DNA of 64,000 bases, taken from positions 14,847 through 78,846 of the forward strand of contig JAKPFT010000014.1 in NCBI GenBank assembly GCA_029551285.1, read 5' to 3'. Source of the DNA: a bacterium. GTDB taxonomy: Bacteria > Ratteibacteria > UBA8468 > B48-G9 > DSTR01. Position numbers and translations under genes: made by a program. The stretch's first letter is position 1, and each line of letters starts with the position of its first letter. Shown one piece after another: positions 47,629-58,329 of the stretch. The notes under the pieces were generated by a model that had not been told where the DNA came from, did no database searches, and saw only the letters and a list, made by a program, of their open reading frames with translations.

Positions 47629-49439
47629 TTTTTGACCAGGGCCTGATGCGGGCAGAAAGCCACGCAGAGCCCGCAGCCAGTGCAAAACTGGGTAATCACC
47701 GGCGTTTTCTCCAGCCACTGGATAGCCGGGCAACCTGATTTTAGACAGATTTTGCAACCGCGGCAGTTCTCCTGGGCCACGACAATCTCAGAGCGGCTTT
47801 CTTTTTTCTCCAGCAACACGCAGCCGCGCCGGAAAATGACCACCCGCACCCCCTTCCCTTTTCTTATCTCTTCCAGAACAGAAAGGGATTCTTTCACCTG
47901 GTAAGGGTCAAGCACTACCGTATCAGCGCCAGCCGCCTGACATATCTTTTCCAGGGCAACCTCCCGGCTTTTTCTGCCCAGGGCAGTCTCCCCGGTGCCT
48001 GGATGTGGCTGGTGGCCGGTCATTGCGGTGGTGCGGTTATCTAAAATGGCTACCACCAGATTCGCTTCATTGTAAACCGCATTGATGAGCGCTGGAATAC
48101 CGGCATGAAAGAAGGTTGAATCTCCAATGATGGCGACGACAGGACGGTCAGACTCCATCCTGGCCAGACCGGCTCCGGTACTGATACCGGCGCCCATGCA
48201 CAAACAGGTATCAATTGTACCCATGTTTATCCCTAAGGTATAACAGCCAATATCACCCGGAAAGATAGCCGACTGGCCGAAAACCTTCTTCAATAGTTGA
48301 AAACTGGCGCGGTGCGGACAGCCTGGGCACAGAACCGGCGGTCTCATCGGAAGGGATGGTGACGATGAGAAAACTCGTGGAGGTTTTCCGGCCATCCGGT
48401 CAAGAGATTGCGCAATCAGTTCCACGGAAAATTCGCCTTCCCGGGGCAGACAACCATCCATCTTTCCGTGAATGTCCAGCCCCGGATTGACCTTTCGGGA
48501 AAAACGTTCCACCATCTCTTCCAGAACCGGTTCTCCCTCTTCTATGACCAGCACCCGACGAACCTCTTTCAGCGCTTCCTTCAACTGATTTTCAAAAACA
48601 GGATAGGTAGCCACCTTCACCATGGGCCAGGCCTCCTGCCGTCGGGCCAAAACTTCCTGAGCGTAGAGCCAGCCCAGTCCTGCCGCAATAATCAGGGTAT
48701 CACCCGGAGCTTTCTGAAACTGGTTGAAAGGAACTTTCTCCATGGCCTGAGCGAGAAGTTGCTGTTTTTCGTTCAAACCCTGCCCGGCCTTTCTGGCGTT
48801 AGCCGGCACCATAACAAAACGCAACGGGTCTTTCTTGAAACCTGCCTTTATCCTGGAAACCTGTACCTGGCCACCCAGTTGCACATCTGACTTACCGTGG
48901 GCCAAACGGGTCACCAATCGCAACAGCACCGGCAGGCCGAACTCTTCGGAGAAACTAAAACAGAACCTGGCCATCTCCAGCGCTTCCTGGGGTGAAGATG
49001 GTTCAAAACACGGCACTTTCGCAAAACAAGCGTAGCGGCGGGAGTCCTGTTCGTTCTGGGAAGAATGGACCGCAGGGTCATCAGCCACCACCACGACCAG
49101 TCCGCCAACAACTCCGGTGTAAGCCGCGGTCATCAAAGAGTCAGCCGCCACATTCAACCCTACATGCTTCATAATGGCCGCAGCCCGGTGTCCGCTGAGG
49201 GCCACTCCGTAGGCAGTCTCAAAGGCGACCTTTTCATTGACAGACCATTCCACATAAAATCTGCCTTCACCGGCCAGTTCCACCAGTTTTTCTGTGATCT
49301 CCGAAGAAGGCGTTCCGGGATAAGCAAAAGAAGCCACCAGGCCACCTTCCACCAGCCCGAAAGCCACCGCGTGGTTTCCAAGGAGATATCTCTTTTTTTC
49401 CACGGTAATTATCTTAGTGCAGTTTTCCTTCAAAGGCAA
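47625..49439 (-). CDS. iorA: Indolepyruvate:ferredoxin oxidoreductase alpha subunit
   Basis: 604 aa. TPP-binding region GDIGCYTLG...GDSTFFHAG. Two C-terminal 4Fe-4S motifs (CRGCKICLKSGCP, CTGCGLCVAFCP). Confidence 0.88.
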   Translation of the reverse strand: MPLKENCTKIITVEKKRYLLGNHAVAFGLVEGGLVASFAYPGTPSSEITEKLVELAGEGRFYVEWSVNEKVAFETAYGVALSGHRAAAIMKHVGLNVAADSLMTAAYTGVVGGLVVVVADDPAVHSSQNEQDSRRYACFAKVPCFEPSSPQEALEMARFCFSFSEEFGLPVLLRLVTRLAHGKSDVQLGGQVQVSRIKAGFKKDPLRFVMVPANARKAGQGLNEKQQLLAQAMEKVPFNQFQKAPGDTLIIAAGLGWLYAQEVLARRQEAWPMVKVATYPVFENQLKEALKEVRRVLVIEEGEPVLEEMVERFSRKVNPGLDIHGKMDGCLPREGEFSVELIAQSLDRMAGKPPRVFSSSPSLPMRPPVLCPGCPHRASFQLLKKVFGQSAIFPGDIGCYTLGINMGTIDTCLCMGAGISTGAGLARMESDRPVVAIIGDSTFFHAGIPALINAVYNEANLVVAILDNRTTAMTGHQPHPGTGETALGRKSREVALEKICQAAGADTVVLDPYQVKESLSVLEEIRKGKGVRVVIFRRGCVLLEKKESRSEIVVAQENCRGCKICLKSGCPAIQWLEKTPVITQFCTGCGLCVAFCPHQALVKK

Positions 49440-49625
49440 AAGCAGTTAGCCCGGAAAAGCAGCCTCAGCATCACCGGGAAAAGAGGGCTTGACAGATTTC
49501 AGACAGGTTATTAAAATGGAAAATAGCATTTTTCCGTTGGGCGCAATGGTAATGACTCGGGTAATGGTGCTAAGGGAAAATTGCTGCCAGTCACCGTTAT
49601 CCAAAATTTCGCCCGGGAGGCCCTT

Positions 49626-50939
49626 ATGGCAGAATTCGTCTATTTTCAGAAGGAGATAGAAACACTTCCGGAAAGTAAGTTAAAGGCGTTGCAGCTGGAA
49701 CGGCTTCAACGTCTGGCTGCCTATGTCCAGCAGAAGGTCCCCTTTTATCAGAAGGCGTTTGCCGCCAGTCACCTTGAACCGGACCGCATCTCTTCTCTAA
49801 ATGACCTCCGTTATTTCCCGCTCACTTCCAAGGCAGCGCTGCGCGACCATTATCCCTTTGGACTTTTTGCCCTGCCCTTGAACCAGGTGGTGGAACTTCA
49901 CGCCTCTTCCGGAACCACCGGCAAGATGACCGTGGTTGGCTACAGTGCGGCGGACATCAAACTCTGGTCCACGGTGATGGCTCGTTCCTTGGCCTGTGCT
50001 GGAGTGGTTAAGGGTGACATCGTTCACAATGCTTATGGCTATGGACTTTTCACCGGCGGCCTGGGTATTCACTTTGGTGCCCTGGAATTGGGCGTGACCG
50101 TGGTTCCAGCCTCTTCCGGTCAGACCCGACGGCAACTTGATTTAATGGCGGACTTCAAAAGCACAGTTTTAACCTGCACCCCCTCCTACTCCCTCTACGT
50201 GGCTGAAGAAGCCAGAAACTACGGTCTGGACCCGCTCAGTTTTTCCCTGAGGGTGGGAGTCTTTGGCGCGGAGCCATGGTCTGAAGGGATGCGGAAACAG
50301 ATTGAAAAGGAGTGGGGACTGCTGGCGCTGGACATTTACGGCCTTTCGGAAATCATCGGACCGGGGGTGGCCATGGAATGTCCCGGTCAGGAAGGGCTTC
50401 ATATCTGGGCTGACCATTTTCTGCCTGAGGTTATTGACCCCAAAACCGGTGAACCCCTGGAAGAAGGTCAGGAAGGAGAACTGGTTATTACCACGCTGAC
50501 CAAGGAAGCCCTGCCGCTCATCAGGTACCGAACCGGAGACATTGTCACCCTCACCACTGAACGTTGTCCGCACTGTGAGCGAACCATGCCGCGCATCAGC
50601 AAAATTCTTGGCCGGATTGACGACATGCTCATTATTCGGGGCATCAATGTCTTTCCCTCTCAGATTGAGAGCGTGCTGCTGAAAATTCCTGAGGTAGCCC
50701 CGCATTATCAGTTAGTGGTCACCAGGGAACACCATCTGGACAGATTGGAAGTGCAGGTGGAAGTCAGTCCGGAAGTTTTCTCCGATGAGGTCAAAAAGTT
50801 AGAGGAGTTACAGCAACGGGTTCTTTCGGAAATTGAAAGTACGCTGGGAATTTCAGTGACAGTAAAATTGGTGGAACCAAAGTCCATTGAACGCAGTCAG
50901 GGTAAAGCCAAACGTGTTATTGACCAGCGACAGATATAA
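49626..50939 (+). CDS. paaK: Phenylacetate-CoA ligase (PaaK-like adenylate-forming enzyme)
   Basis: [21 protein letters not shown], and a C-terminal ...[22 protein letters not shown] typical of PaaK. Start chosen at MAEFVYFQ by analogy with the paralog. Confidence 0.85.
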   Translation: MAEFVYFQKEIETLPESKLKALQLERLQRLAAYVQQKVPFYQKAFAASHLEPDRISSLNDLRYFPLTSKAALRDHYPFGLFALPLNQVVELHASSGTTGKMTVVGYSAADIKLWSTVMARSLACAGVVKGDIVHNAYGYGLFTGGLGIHFGALELGVTVVPASSGQTRRQLDLMADFKSTVLTCTPSYSLYVAEEARNYGLDPLSFSLRVGVFGAEPWSEGMRKQIEKEWGLLALDIYGLSEIIGPGVAMECPGQEGLHIWADHFLPEVIDPKTGEPLEEGQEGELVITTLTKEALPLIRYRTGDIVTLTTERCPHCERTMPRISKILGRIDDMLIIRGINVFPSQIESVLLKIPEVAPHYQLVVTREHHLDRLEVQVEVSPEVFSDEVKKLEELQQRVLSEIESTLGISVTVKLVEPKSIERSQGKAKRVIDQRQI

Positions 50940-50974
50940 AGCAGAAGCGGCCACAGTGACAAAAAGGAGGTGTC

Positions 50975-51406
50975 ATGCCCATCAGACAGGTTTCTATCTT
51001 TCTGGAAAACAGACTTGGCCGGCTCAGCGAAGTGGTTTCCCTGCTGGCCAAAAACAGCATCAATATCCGCGCCCTGGCACTGGCTGACAAGGCTGATTAC
51101 GGAATTCTTCGCCTTATTGTCAACGATACCGACCGAGCCCTGGAAATTCTCCGTCAGGAACTGTTCTCTGTGAACGAAACGCCGGTGCTGGCCGTGGAGG
51201 TGGACGACCGGCCAGGCGGACTGGCTGAAGTTCTGGCCATTCTGGTGCAGAATAGCATCAATGTGGAGTACATGTACGCCTTCGTGGCCAAGTCCGGCGG
51301 CAAGGCCGTAGTGGTCTTGCGGGTGGAGGACTTAGAAAAGGCGGAACGGGTCCTCTCCTATAACGAGAGAAAACTGCTCCGGGAAGAGGAAATTCAGGGT
51401 CTTTAA
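50975..51406 (+). CDS. ACT-domain protein, partner of PaaK
   Basis: Two ACT-like halves (SIFLENRLGRLSEVVSLLAKNSINIRAL... and VEVDDRPGGLAEVLAILVQNSINVEY...). Confidence 0.8.
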   Translation: MPIRQVSIFLENRLGRLSEVVSLLAKNSINIRALALADKADYGILRLIVNDTDRALEILRQELFSVNETPVLAVEVDDRPGGLAEVLAILVQNSINVEYMYAFVAKSGGKAVVVLRVEDLEKAERVLSYNERKLLREEEIQGL

Positions 51407-51512
51407 TAAGGAGGGTCAATGAATGCCGGGTGGTTGGCGTGGTGGCTGGTGGTGGTAGCAAGCATCGCCCTGGTAGCTATTGGTCTGGCCCTAACCCTCA
51501 GGGGGTGGAAAA

Positions 51513-53054
51513 ATGATTGATGAAGCTACGCTCGGTCTGCCAAAACCGGATTTTTATTTTGGTCTCTGGGCTGGTCTGGGAATTGCGGTGATGCTGGTTC
51601 TCTGCAGCATTTTGGGCTTTCTCAGCCGGAAAAAAGCCGATTCTTTTGAACACTTTTTAGTGGGGCACCGGGACATCGGTCCGGTAGTAACCGGCCTGGC
51701 CTTGGGGGCAACCTGGTTAAGTGGATGGGCCACCTTAGGTATGATGGGCATTACCTACACAGTCGGCTGGGCTGGAATGTGGTTTGCCGGTATCTGGACG
51801 ATTTTCGGGATTGTGCCGTGCTTCTTTATGACTGGCCGGGCGATGCAACGTTACTCCCTCAAGTTTGGCGCCAGAACTGTGCCGGATGTCCTTGGCCTTC
51901 GTTTTGACAGCAAACCGGTGCAGTCGCTGGCTGCCCTGGTGATGATTTTCTTCATGCTGCTTTATGCCGTCGGCCAGTTCAAGGCCGGGGCCACCTGCTG
52001 GTATGCGGTCACCGGACTTAATCCGCTGCTCTGTCTCATTCTTTCGGCGGTCATCGTTTTCATCTACATGATCGTTGGCGGCTACACCGGCACCCAGTGG
52101 TCTCTGGCCATCCAGGGAGCGCTGCTTGGTTTTGCCTGTTTCGTCCTGGGCATTTACGCGCTGGCCTTTGTCGGCGGGCCTACCATGCTTAACGCCAGGC
52201 TGGCTGTCCAGGACCCGAAACTGTTGAATCTGGTGAGAACCGACCTGCCTGCGGTGGGAAATACCCAGCTCTTTTCCACGGTGCCCGGAGTTGTCTCCAC
52301 CTTCTTCATCTTTTTGACCATGGCCGTCGGTTTCCCGCACAATGTAGCCCGCTTCTTAGGGATGAGACGCCTGAGCAAACAGGATTTTGCTCTGATTACC
52401 CTGATGGTTTTCCTGGTAGCCGGACCGCCCATCTTTCTGAATGCCATCACCGGACTTTGCAGCCGGGCGCTTTTCGGAAACAAACTGATGGCGCTGGCTC
52501 CGTGGAAAGGAGACCTGGCTGCGCCCTACCTGGCCATGGCCACCGGTGGCAAACTGCTTACCACCCTTTACATTACCGGCGTTTTTGCCGCGGCCCTTTC
52601 CACCCTTTCCGGCATGGTCATGGTCATGGCCGGCAACCTTACCCGTGACCTTCTTCAGCTCTGGAATCCGGATATCCCTCAGAAGAATCTCCTGGCTCTG
52701 ACCAAGGTGGCCATTGGACTTTTCATTCTCATTCCCTTCTGGTGGGCTTTTCGCAAACCACCGGAACTGCTGGCCATCTTTATGGGCTACGCGGCAATCG
52801 GACTGGGTGGCATTTTCATCTTCTGCACCGCTGTTTCTTTCTACTGGAAACGGGCTACCGCCACCGGCGCTATTCTCTGTATGGTTTACGGGGTGCTGGC
52901 CACACTCCTTGGAGGTATCGCCACGGCCCGGGGCAAAATCGGCATGGGAACCTTAGAGTATATTGTGCTGATTGGCTGTGGATTCTTCTATTTCGTGGGA
53001 AGCCTGACCAGCAAACCGGTGCGGAGCGAACGGTTGAAGGAACTATTCGGTTGA
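51513..53054 (+). CDS. Sodium:solute symporter (SSS) family transporter
   Basis: 513 aa, about 13 TM helices, overall SSS-like topology and Gly-rich helices. Confidence 0.8.
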   Translation: MIDEATLGLPKPDFYFGLWAGLGIAVMLVLCSILGFLSRKKADSFEHFLVGHRDIGPVVTGLALGATWLSGWATLGMMGITYTVGWAGMWFAGIWTIFGIVPCFFMTGRAMQRYSLKFGARTVPDVLGLRFDSKPVQSLAALVMIFFMLLYAVGQFKAGATCWYAVTGLNPLLCLILSAVIVFIYMIVGGYTGTQWSLAIQGALLGFACFVLGIYALAFVGGPTMLNARLAVQDPKLLNLVRTDLPAVGNTQLFSTVPGVVSTFFIFLTMAVGFPHNVARFLGMRRLSKQDFALITLMVFLVAGPPIFLNAITGLCSRALFGNKLMALAPWKGDLAAPYLAMATGGKLLTTLYITGVFAAALSTLSGMVMVMAGNLTRDLLQLWNPDIPQKNLLALTKVAIGLFILIPFWWAFRKPPELLAIFMGYAAIGLGGIFIFCTAVSFYWKRATATGAILCMVYGVLATLLGGIATARGKIGMGTLEYIVLIGCGFFYFVGSLTSKPVRSERLKELFG

Positions 53055-53090
53055 AAACTTAACCCGTCGGAGAAAGAAGCGGACACCATT

Positions 53091-54401
53091 ATGGCTGATT
53101 CAGATAGTTTCTGGCAGGTGGAACAGGAGAAAGCCTCCAGGGAGCAGTTACGCCGCCTGCAACTGGAAAGATTACAGCAGACTATAGAGCAAGCCATCCG
53201 TTCTCCCTTCTACCGGGAGAAATTGAAAAAGGCTGGTCTGAAGCCAGGAATTTCCAGCCTTGAAGAGATCCAGCGTTTCCCCTTCACGGAAAAAGAGGAC
53301 CTGCGTCAGTGCTATCCCTTCGGCATGGTGGCTGTCCCTCTCAACCAGCTTATCCGGATGCATGCCTCTTCCGGTACCACAGGAAAATCCACTCTTATTT
53401 TCCATACGAGAAAAGATATTGAGACCTGGGCTGACCTGGTGGCTCGTTCTCTATACATGGTCGGCGCACGAGCCGGCGACATTTTCCAGAATATGATGAC
53501 CTATGGACTTTTCACCGGCGGTTTAGGTCTGCACTACGGAGCCGAAAAAATCGGTCTTTTGGTGGTGCCGGCCGGCGCGGGCAATACCCAGAAGCAGATT
53601 GAGTTCTTCCGGGATATCGGCACAACCATCATTCATATCACCCCCAGTTACTGTCTCCATCTGGCCCAGGTGGTGGAAAGTATGGGCCTTTCACCTGCAC
53701 GCGACTTAAAGTTGCGGCGCGCGATCATGGGAGCGGAACCCTATTCTGAAGCCACCCGACGCCGGCTGGAGAAATCCCTCAACCTGAAGGTTTACAACTG
53801 CTACGGACTTTCCGAGATGAACGGCCCCGGGGTCGCCTTTGAGTGTCCTTTTCAGCATGGACTTCACCTCTGAGAGGACCATTTTCTGCCGGAGATTGTC
53901 AACCCCGAGACCGGCCGGGTTTTGCCTGACGGTCAGGAAGGCGAGCTGGTGCTGACCACTTTGCAGCGGGAAGGCATGCCAATTCTTCGCTACCGGACAA
54001 GGGACCTGACCAGAATGATCAAAGGCACTTGCCGGTGTGGCCGAACCCACCGACGCATTGAAAGAATCAAGGGCCGTTCCGACGACATGTTCATCGTCAA
54101 GGGGGTCAACATCTTCCCATCCCAGATTGAAACTGTCCTGATGGAAATACCCGAGGTTGATGCCAACTTTCTGGTAATAGTGGACAGAAAAAACGGTCTG
54201 GATGAACTTACTGTTCAGGTGGAGATCAAGCGGGAATATTTCACCGGAAACCTGCAGCAGTTGCGCGAACTCCAGGAACGCATCAGCGCCCAGTTGAAAA
54301 ACATGATTATCGTCACGCCCAGGGTGGAACTGGTGGAACCGGGTACCATCCCGCCCTCCACCGGAAAAGCCAAACGGGTAATAGATAAGAGGAGGCTGTA
54401 A
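53091..54401 (+). pseudogene. paaK: Second phenylacetate-CoA ligase paralog interrupted by a single in-frame TGA (53871-53873) at a conserved Trp position
   Basis: ORF-track pieces 53091..53873 and 53922..54401 lie in the same frame. The translation HGLHL*EDHFLPE aligns with paralog [13 protein letters not shown], a TGG to TGA change. Both halves otherwise carry all PaaK motifs. Confidence 0.7.
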
Positions 54402-54402
54402 C

Positions 54403-54822
54403 TTGGCTCGACAGATTTCTGTCTTTCTGGAAAATAAACCTGGCCGCATCAGCCACATTACCGGGCTTTTAGCCAGGGCCGGGATTAACTTCCGGGCTTC
54501 CACCATCGCGGATAGCGGCACCTTCGGAATTTTCAAGATCATCACCGATAATAACGAGCAGGCTTACCGGGTGTTGAAAGAGGCTGGTTGCATGCTGGCC
54601 TCTCAGGAAGTGGTCATTGTTGAAATTCCGGATAAGGTCGGGGCTTTTCACCGGATTGCCCGGCTTCTGGAAAAGAACACAATCAACATTGAAGATGTTT
54701 ACTGTATTCTCATCAGCAGAGCCGAAAAGGCAGCCCTGGTTCTTAAGGTTTCTGATCCGGAGACCGTTAAGAAAATCCTGAAAAAAGAAAAATACCGGCT
54801 CCTGGAAGAAGAAGCGCTGTGA
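54403..54822 (+). CDS. ACT-domain protein (paralog of 50975..51406)
   Basis: ISVFLENKPGRISHITGLLARAGINFRAS... parallels the first ACT protein. Confidence 0.8.
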   Translation: MARQISVFLENKPGRISHITGLLARAGINFRASTIADSGTFGIFKIITDNNEQAYRVLKEAGCMLASQEVVIVEIPDKVGAFHRIARLLEKNTINIEDVYCILISRAEKAALVLKVSDPETVKKILKKEKYRLLEEEAL

Positions 54823-54860
54823 GGGAAAAACATTATGAGCCGGAGAACAAGGAGGAAAGG

Positions 54861-56192
54861 ATGGGCCGAAGAGTCGTGCTGGTGTTAGCCGCAGTGAGTG
54901 TCCTGGCCACCGCCTGGCCGGTCAGGGCCGCGGAAAACAAGAAGTTTGATTACGGCGCTTCTTTGCGCCTGAGGGAAGAGTATTTTGAAAACATCTGGGA
55001 TTTCAACGCCAAAAGTGCCACTTTTCAATCGGTGGAAAACTACTTCCGGCTTAAGGCCAGCCTGTGGGGGAAATGGAACTTCACCGAAAATATCAGCCTC
55101 TTTGCCAAACTGACCACCGAACCTGACATTTACATGACCACCGGCCCGAACAGCCCGCTCAGTAAGGGCAAGAATGTTAATGACAACGAGGGTATTTTCG
55201 ACAATCTCTATCTGGATATCAAGAATGTCTTTGGTCTGCCGGTGGATTTACGGGTGGGACGACAGGACTTTCTCTTCACCTACGGTGAAGGCTTTATCAT
55301 CCTTGACGGCACGCCCTACGACGGTTCCCGGACGACCTACTTCAACGCGGCCCGGCTTACCTGGAAAATCAACGAGAAGAATTCCCTTGACCTGATTTAT
55401 ATTTCTGACCCGGACAGGGACATCTATCTGCCGGTCATCAACGACCTGGGCCGTCAGTTGAACACCTCTGACGAACGGGCTTATGTCATCTATGGCAAAC
55501 TTAAACCGCTGGACAATTTTTCCCTGGAGCCTTACTACATCTACAAGATAGAAGGAAGCTACACGAAAAACACTATCTATACTCCGACCCTGGGTCTTCA
55601 TACCTTCGGCGCCAGAGCCGTGGCTTCCTGGGACACCTGGAAAATACGGGGAGAACTGGCCGGGCAAAACGGCGAATACACCGGCGGCCGGGACAGAGAG
55701 GGGCTGGGCGGATATGCCTATCTCACCAAGTCATTCCCGCAGGCACTCTTTAAACCCTCCCTGGATGTGGGCTTTGCCTACCTGTCCGGAGATGACCCCA
55801 CCACGGCCAAGAACGAAGGCTGGGACCCGATCTTTTCTCGCTGGCCCTGGATCAGCGAACTGTACCTGTTTGCTTACGCTGTGGAAGGTGGCGAACCGGC
55901 TTACTGGACCAACACCCAGGTTTACCGGGCCAACCTTTCCCTGGCGCTTACCCAGAAAGTTAAACTGGACCTGGCTTACAACTACCTGCGGGCCAATGAA
56001 AATGGTCCCAATCCTGTTTTCTTTGGTACCGGAAAGGAACGCGGCCATATGCCTCAGTGCATCCTCAACTGGAAACTGAACAAGAACATTGATGGTCACA
56101 TCTGGGTGGAATATTTCGTCCCTGGCAGTTACCACGCTGGCACCGACCCTTCACTGATGCTGCGCTGGCAGTGCCAGTTACGCTGGCCATGA
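54861..56192 (+). CDS. Putative outer-membrane beta-barrel (porin/alginate-export-like) protein
   Basis: Signal peptide MGRRVVLVLAAVSVLATAWPVRA, alternating Tyr/Gly-rich amphipathic strands, and an aromatic C-terminus. ATG 54861 follows RBS GGAGGAAAGG. Confidence 0.5.
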   Translation: MGRRVVLVLAAVSVLATAWPVRAAENKKFDYGASLRLREEYFENIWDFNAKSATFQSVENYFRLKASLWGKWNFTENISLFAKLTTEPDIYMTTGPNSPLSKGKNVNDNEGIFDNLYLDIKNVFGLPVDLRVGRQDFLFTYGEGFIILDGTPYDGSRTTYFNAARLTWKINEKNSLDLIYISDPDRDIYLPVINDLGRQLNTSDERAYVIYGKLKPLDNFSLEPYYIYKIEGSYTKNTIYTPTLGLHTFGARAVASWDTWKIRGELAGQNGEYTGGRDREGLGGYAYLTKSFPQALFKPSLDVGFAYLSGDDPTTAKNEGWDPIFSRWPWISELYLFAYAVEGGEPAYWTNTQVYRANLSLALTQKVKLDLAYNYLRANENGPNPVFFGTGKERGHMPQCILNWKLNKNIDGHIWVEYFVPGSYHAGTDPSLMLRWQCQLRWP

Positions 56193-56212
56193 GCTGACCG
56201 GCAGGAAAGAGC

Positions 56213-56248
56213 TGAAAACCCCGGGTCTGGCCCGGGGTTTTCTTTTTC
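56213..56248. terminator. Bidirectional intrinsic terminator between convergent genes
   Basis: GAAAACC-CCGGG-TCTGG-CCCGGGG-TTTTCTTTTT. A GC stem flanked by an A-tract and a T-tract, between the porin-like gene (+) and trpG (-). Confidence 0.6.
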
Positions 56249-56254
56249 TGCGGA

Positions 56255-56818
56255 CTAAATCTTCAGAAAGTTCGCCAGAAGTTTTTTCCCTTCTGAAGTG
56301 AGAATGGATTCCGGATGAAACTGGACCCCGAAAACCGGCTGATTTCTGTGCTTCAGACCCATAATCTCGCCGTCTTCAGACCAGGCTTCTATCTGGAGGC
56401 ATTCCGGAAGGGAACTTTTTTCCACCACCAGGGAGTGGTAACGGGTGGCCGTGAAGGGATTGGTAAGATTCTGGTAAAGTTGAGTTCCGCGGTGGTGAAT
56501 CAGAGAGGTCTTTCCGTGCATCAGCCGTCTGGCCGGCACAATCCGACCGCCGAAGACATAACCGATCGCCTGATGGCCAAGACAGACGCCTAAGATCGGT
56601 ATCTCCTGACCGAAGGTGCGAATCACCTGGCAGGAAATGCCGGCATTTTCCGGTCGTCCCGGTCCGGGAGAAATTACAATCCGGTCCGGTTTCATCTTCT
56701 GAATCTCCTCCAGGCTAATCCGGTCATTCCGGAAGACGCGGACCTTAACTTTCAGCTCGCTCAGGTATTGCACCAGGTTGTAGGTAAAGGAATCGTAGTT
56801 GTCAATCATCAGCACCAT
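56255..56818 (-). CDS. trpG: Anthranilate synthase component II / glutamine amidotransferase
   Basis: MVLMIDNYDSFTYNLVQYL...GVCLGHQAI. Overlaps the trpE end. Confidence 0.85.
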   Translation of the reverse strand: MVLMIDNYDSFTYNLVQYLSELKVKVRVFRNDRISLEEIQKMKPDRIVISPGPGRPENAGISCQVIRTFGQEIPILGVCLGHQAIGYVFGGRIVPARRLMHGKTSLIHHRGTQLYQNLTNPFTATRYHSLVVEKSSLPECLQIEAWSEDGEIMGLKHRNQPVFGVQFHPESILTSEGKKLLANFLKI

Positions 56819-56847
56819 CGGGTACCTCCTGCTGCTGGTTTCACCCA

Positions 56848-58329
56848 TTACCGAATCTCCCCTGCCTGCCGGTAAGCCACCATTAAAGCCGCGGCCTTAT
56901 TTTTGGTCTCAAGGTATTCTTTCTCCGGGACCGAATCAGCCACGATGCCGGCTCCGGTCTGGACGTAGATTCTCTCTCTTTTGACCACAAAAGTTCGGAT
57001 GGTGATGCAGAAGTCCATATCTCCGCGGAAACTGAAATAACCCACGGCTCCGGCATAGGGGCCACGACGGGCTGGCTCTAACTCTTCAATAATTTCCATC
57101 GCCCGAATCTTGGGAGCGCCGGAAACTGTCCCGGCCGGGAAGGTGGCTCTTAAAAGGTCAAAAGCCGTCTGTCCGGGAGCCAGCCGGCCAACCACATTGG
57201 AAACGATATGCATCACATGAGAATATTTCTCAATGGTCATCAGTTCCGTCACCCTGACACTGCCTGGCTGACAGACCCGGCCCAGGTCGTTCCGACCAAG
57301 GTCAACCAGCATTACATGCTCAGCCCGTTCCTTTTCATCCTGAAGAAGTTCCCGCTCCAGAGAGCGTTCTTCTGCCTCATCCGTCCCCCGGGGTCTGGTG
57401 CCGGCGATCGGCCTGACCGTGGCTTTTTCACCCTCCAACTTCACCAGAATTTCCGGGGAGGAACCGATCAGCTTTGTCTCACCGGCTTCCAGATAGAACA
57501 TATAAGGGGAAGGATTTACCGAGCGCAGCGCCCGATAGATGTTAAACGGCGGATGCTCTAATTTCTTGCTCCATTTCTGCGACAGAACCACCTGGATGAT
57601 GTCTCCGGCCCGGATGTATCTTTTGGCTTTTCGCACCGCGGCCATAAATTCTTCCTGGCTCATGTTGCTGGTAAAATCCCCGCTGGGACGCCGCGGACCT
57701 GATTCAATAGAGAAAAGAGGCTGGGAAAGTCGCCGGTACATCAACTGAATTTTCTCAACACAGGAGCGGTAAACTTTTGATAGCTTCGTTTGCTTATCAA
57801 CAAAGGCATTGCAAACAAGCAACAGTTTTCTCTTGAAATGGTCAAAGATTACCAGGTTGCCAGCCAGCATGAAAAAGACATCGGGTGTTTTCAGCTCATC
57901 CGGCTGCTTTTCCGGAAGCCGCTCCAGCAGGCGGACGAAGTCGTAAGAGACATAACCCACCAGTCCGCCGCAAAAACCCGGCAGACCGGGAAACTCTGGT
58001 TGCCGGTACAGGCCCATTATTTCCTGAAGCCGGCTGAGCGGCTCCTTTTCGGTAAAATCCTCTCTGGTTCCGGAAGAGAGGTGAAAAATTTCGCCTTTAC
58101 GGCCCCGGCTGGAGAGTACCAGTTCAGGCTCGGTGCCCAGGAAAGAATACCGGCCGGTTCTTTCTTCCTGCTCCACACTCTCCAGCAGGAAACTGTAACT
58201 GCCTCGCTTCAGTTTCAAAAAAGCCGAGACAGGCGTTTCCAGGTCTGCCAGAACTTCCGTCCAGACAGGAACCACAGAGTAGTCCTGGCTTAATTTCTTA
58301 AACTCATCCCAGGCTGGCCAGATGGTCAC
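56848..58329 (-). CDS. trpE: Anthranilate synthase component I
   Basis: Trp-feedback motif LLESVEQEERTGRYS. Catalytic region MTIEKYSHVMHIVSNV...GAPKIRAMEIIEELE...GAVGYFS. Confidence 0.88.
   Translation of the reverse strand: MTIWPAWDEFKKLSQDYSVVPVWTEVLADLETPVSAFLKLKRGSYSFLLESVEQEERTGRYSFLGTEPELVLSSRGRKGEIFHLSSGTREDFTEKEPLSRLQEIMGLYRQPEFPGLPGFCGGLVGYVSYDFVRLLERLPEKQPDELKTPDVFFMLAGNLVIFDHFKRKLLLVCNAFVDKQTKLSKVYRSCVEKIQLMYRRLSQPLFSIESGPRRPSGDFTSNMSQEEFMAAVRKAKRYIRAGDIIQVVLSQKWSKKLEHPPFNIYRALRSVNPSPYMFYLEAGETKLIGSSPEILVKLEGEKATVRPIAGTRPRGTDEAEERSLERELLQDEKERAEHVMLVDLGRNDLGRVCQPGSVRVTELMTIEKYSHVMHIVSNVVGRLAPGQTAFDLLRATFPAGTVSGAPKIRAMEIIEELEPARRGPYAGAVGYFSFRGDMDFCITIRTFVVKRERIYVQTGAGIVADSVPEKEYLETKNKAAALMVAYRQAGEIR

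Noticed and set aside
53871-53873. Selenocysteine or genome-wide UGA recoding as explanation for the in-frame TGA in paaK-2
   Set aside because: TGA terminates many conserved genes here (smpB, amidase and others). The aligned paralog residue is Trp, not Cys/Sec. No convincing SECIS-like hairpin follows.
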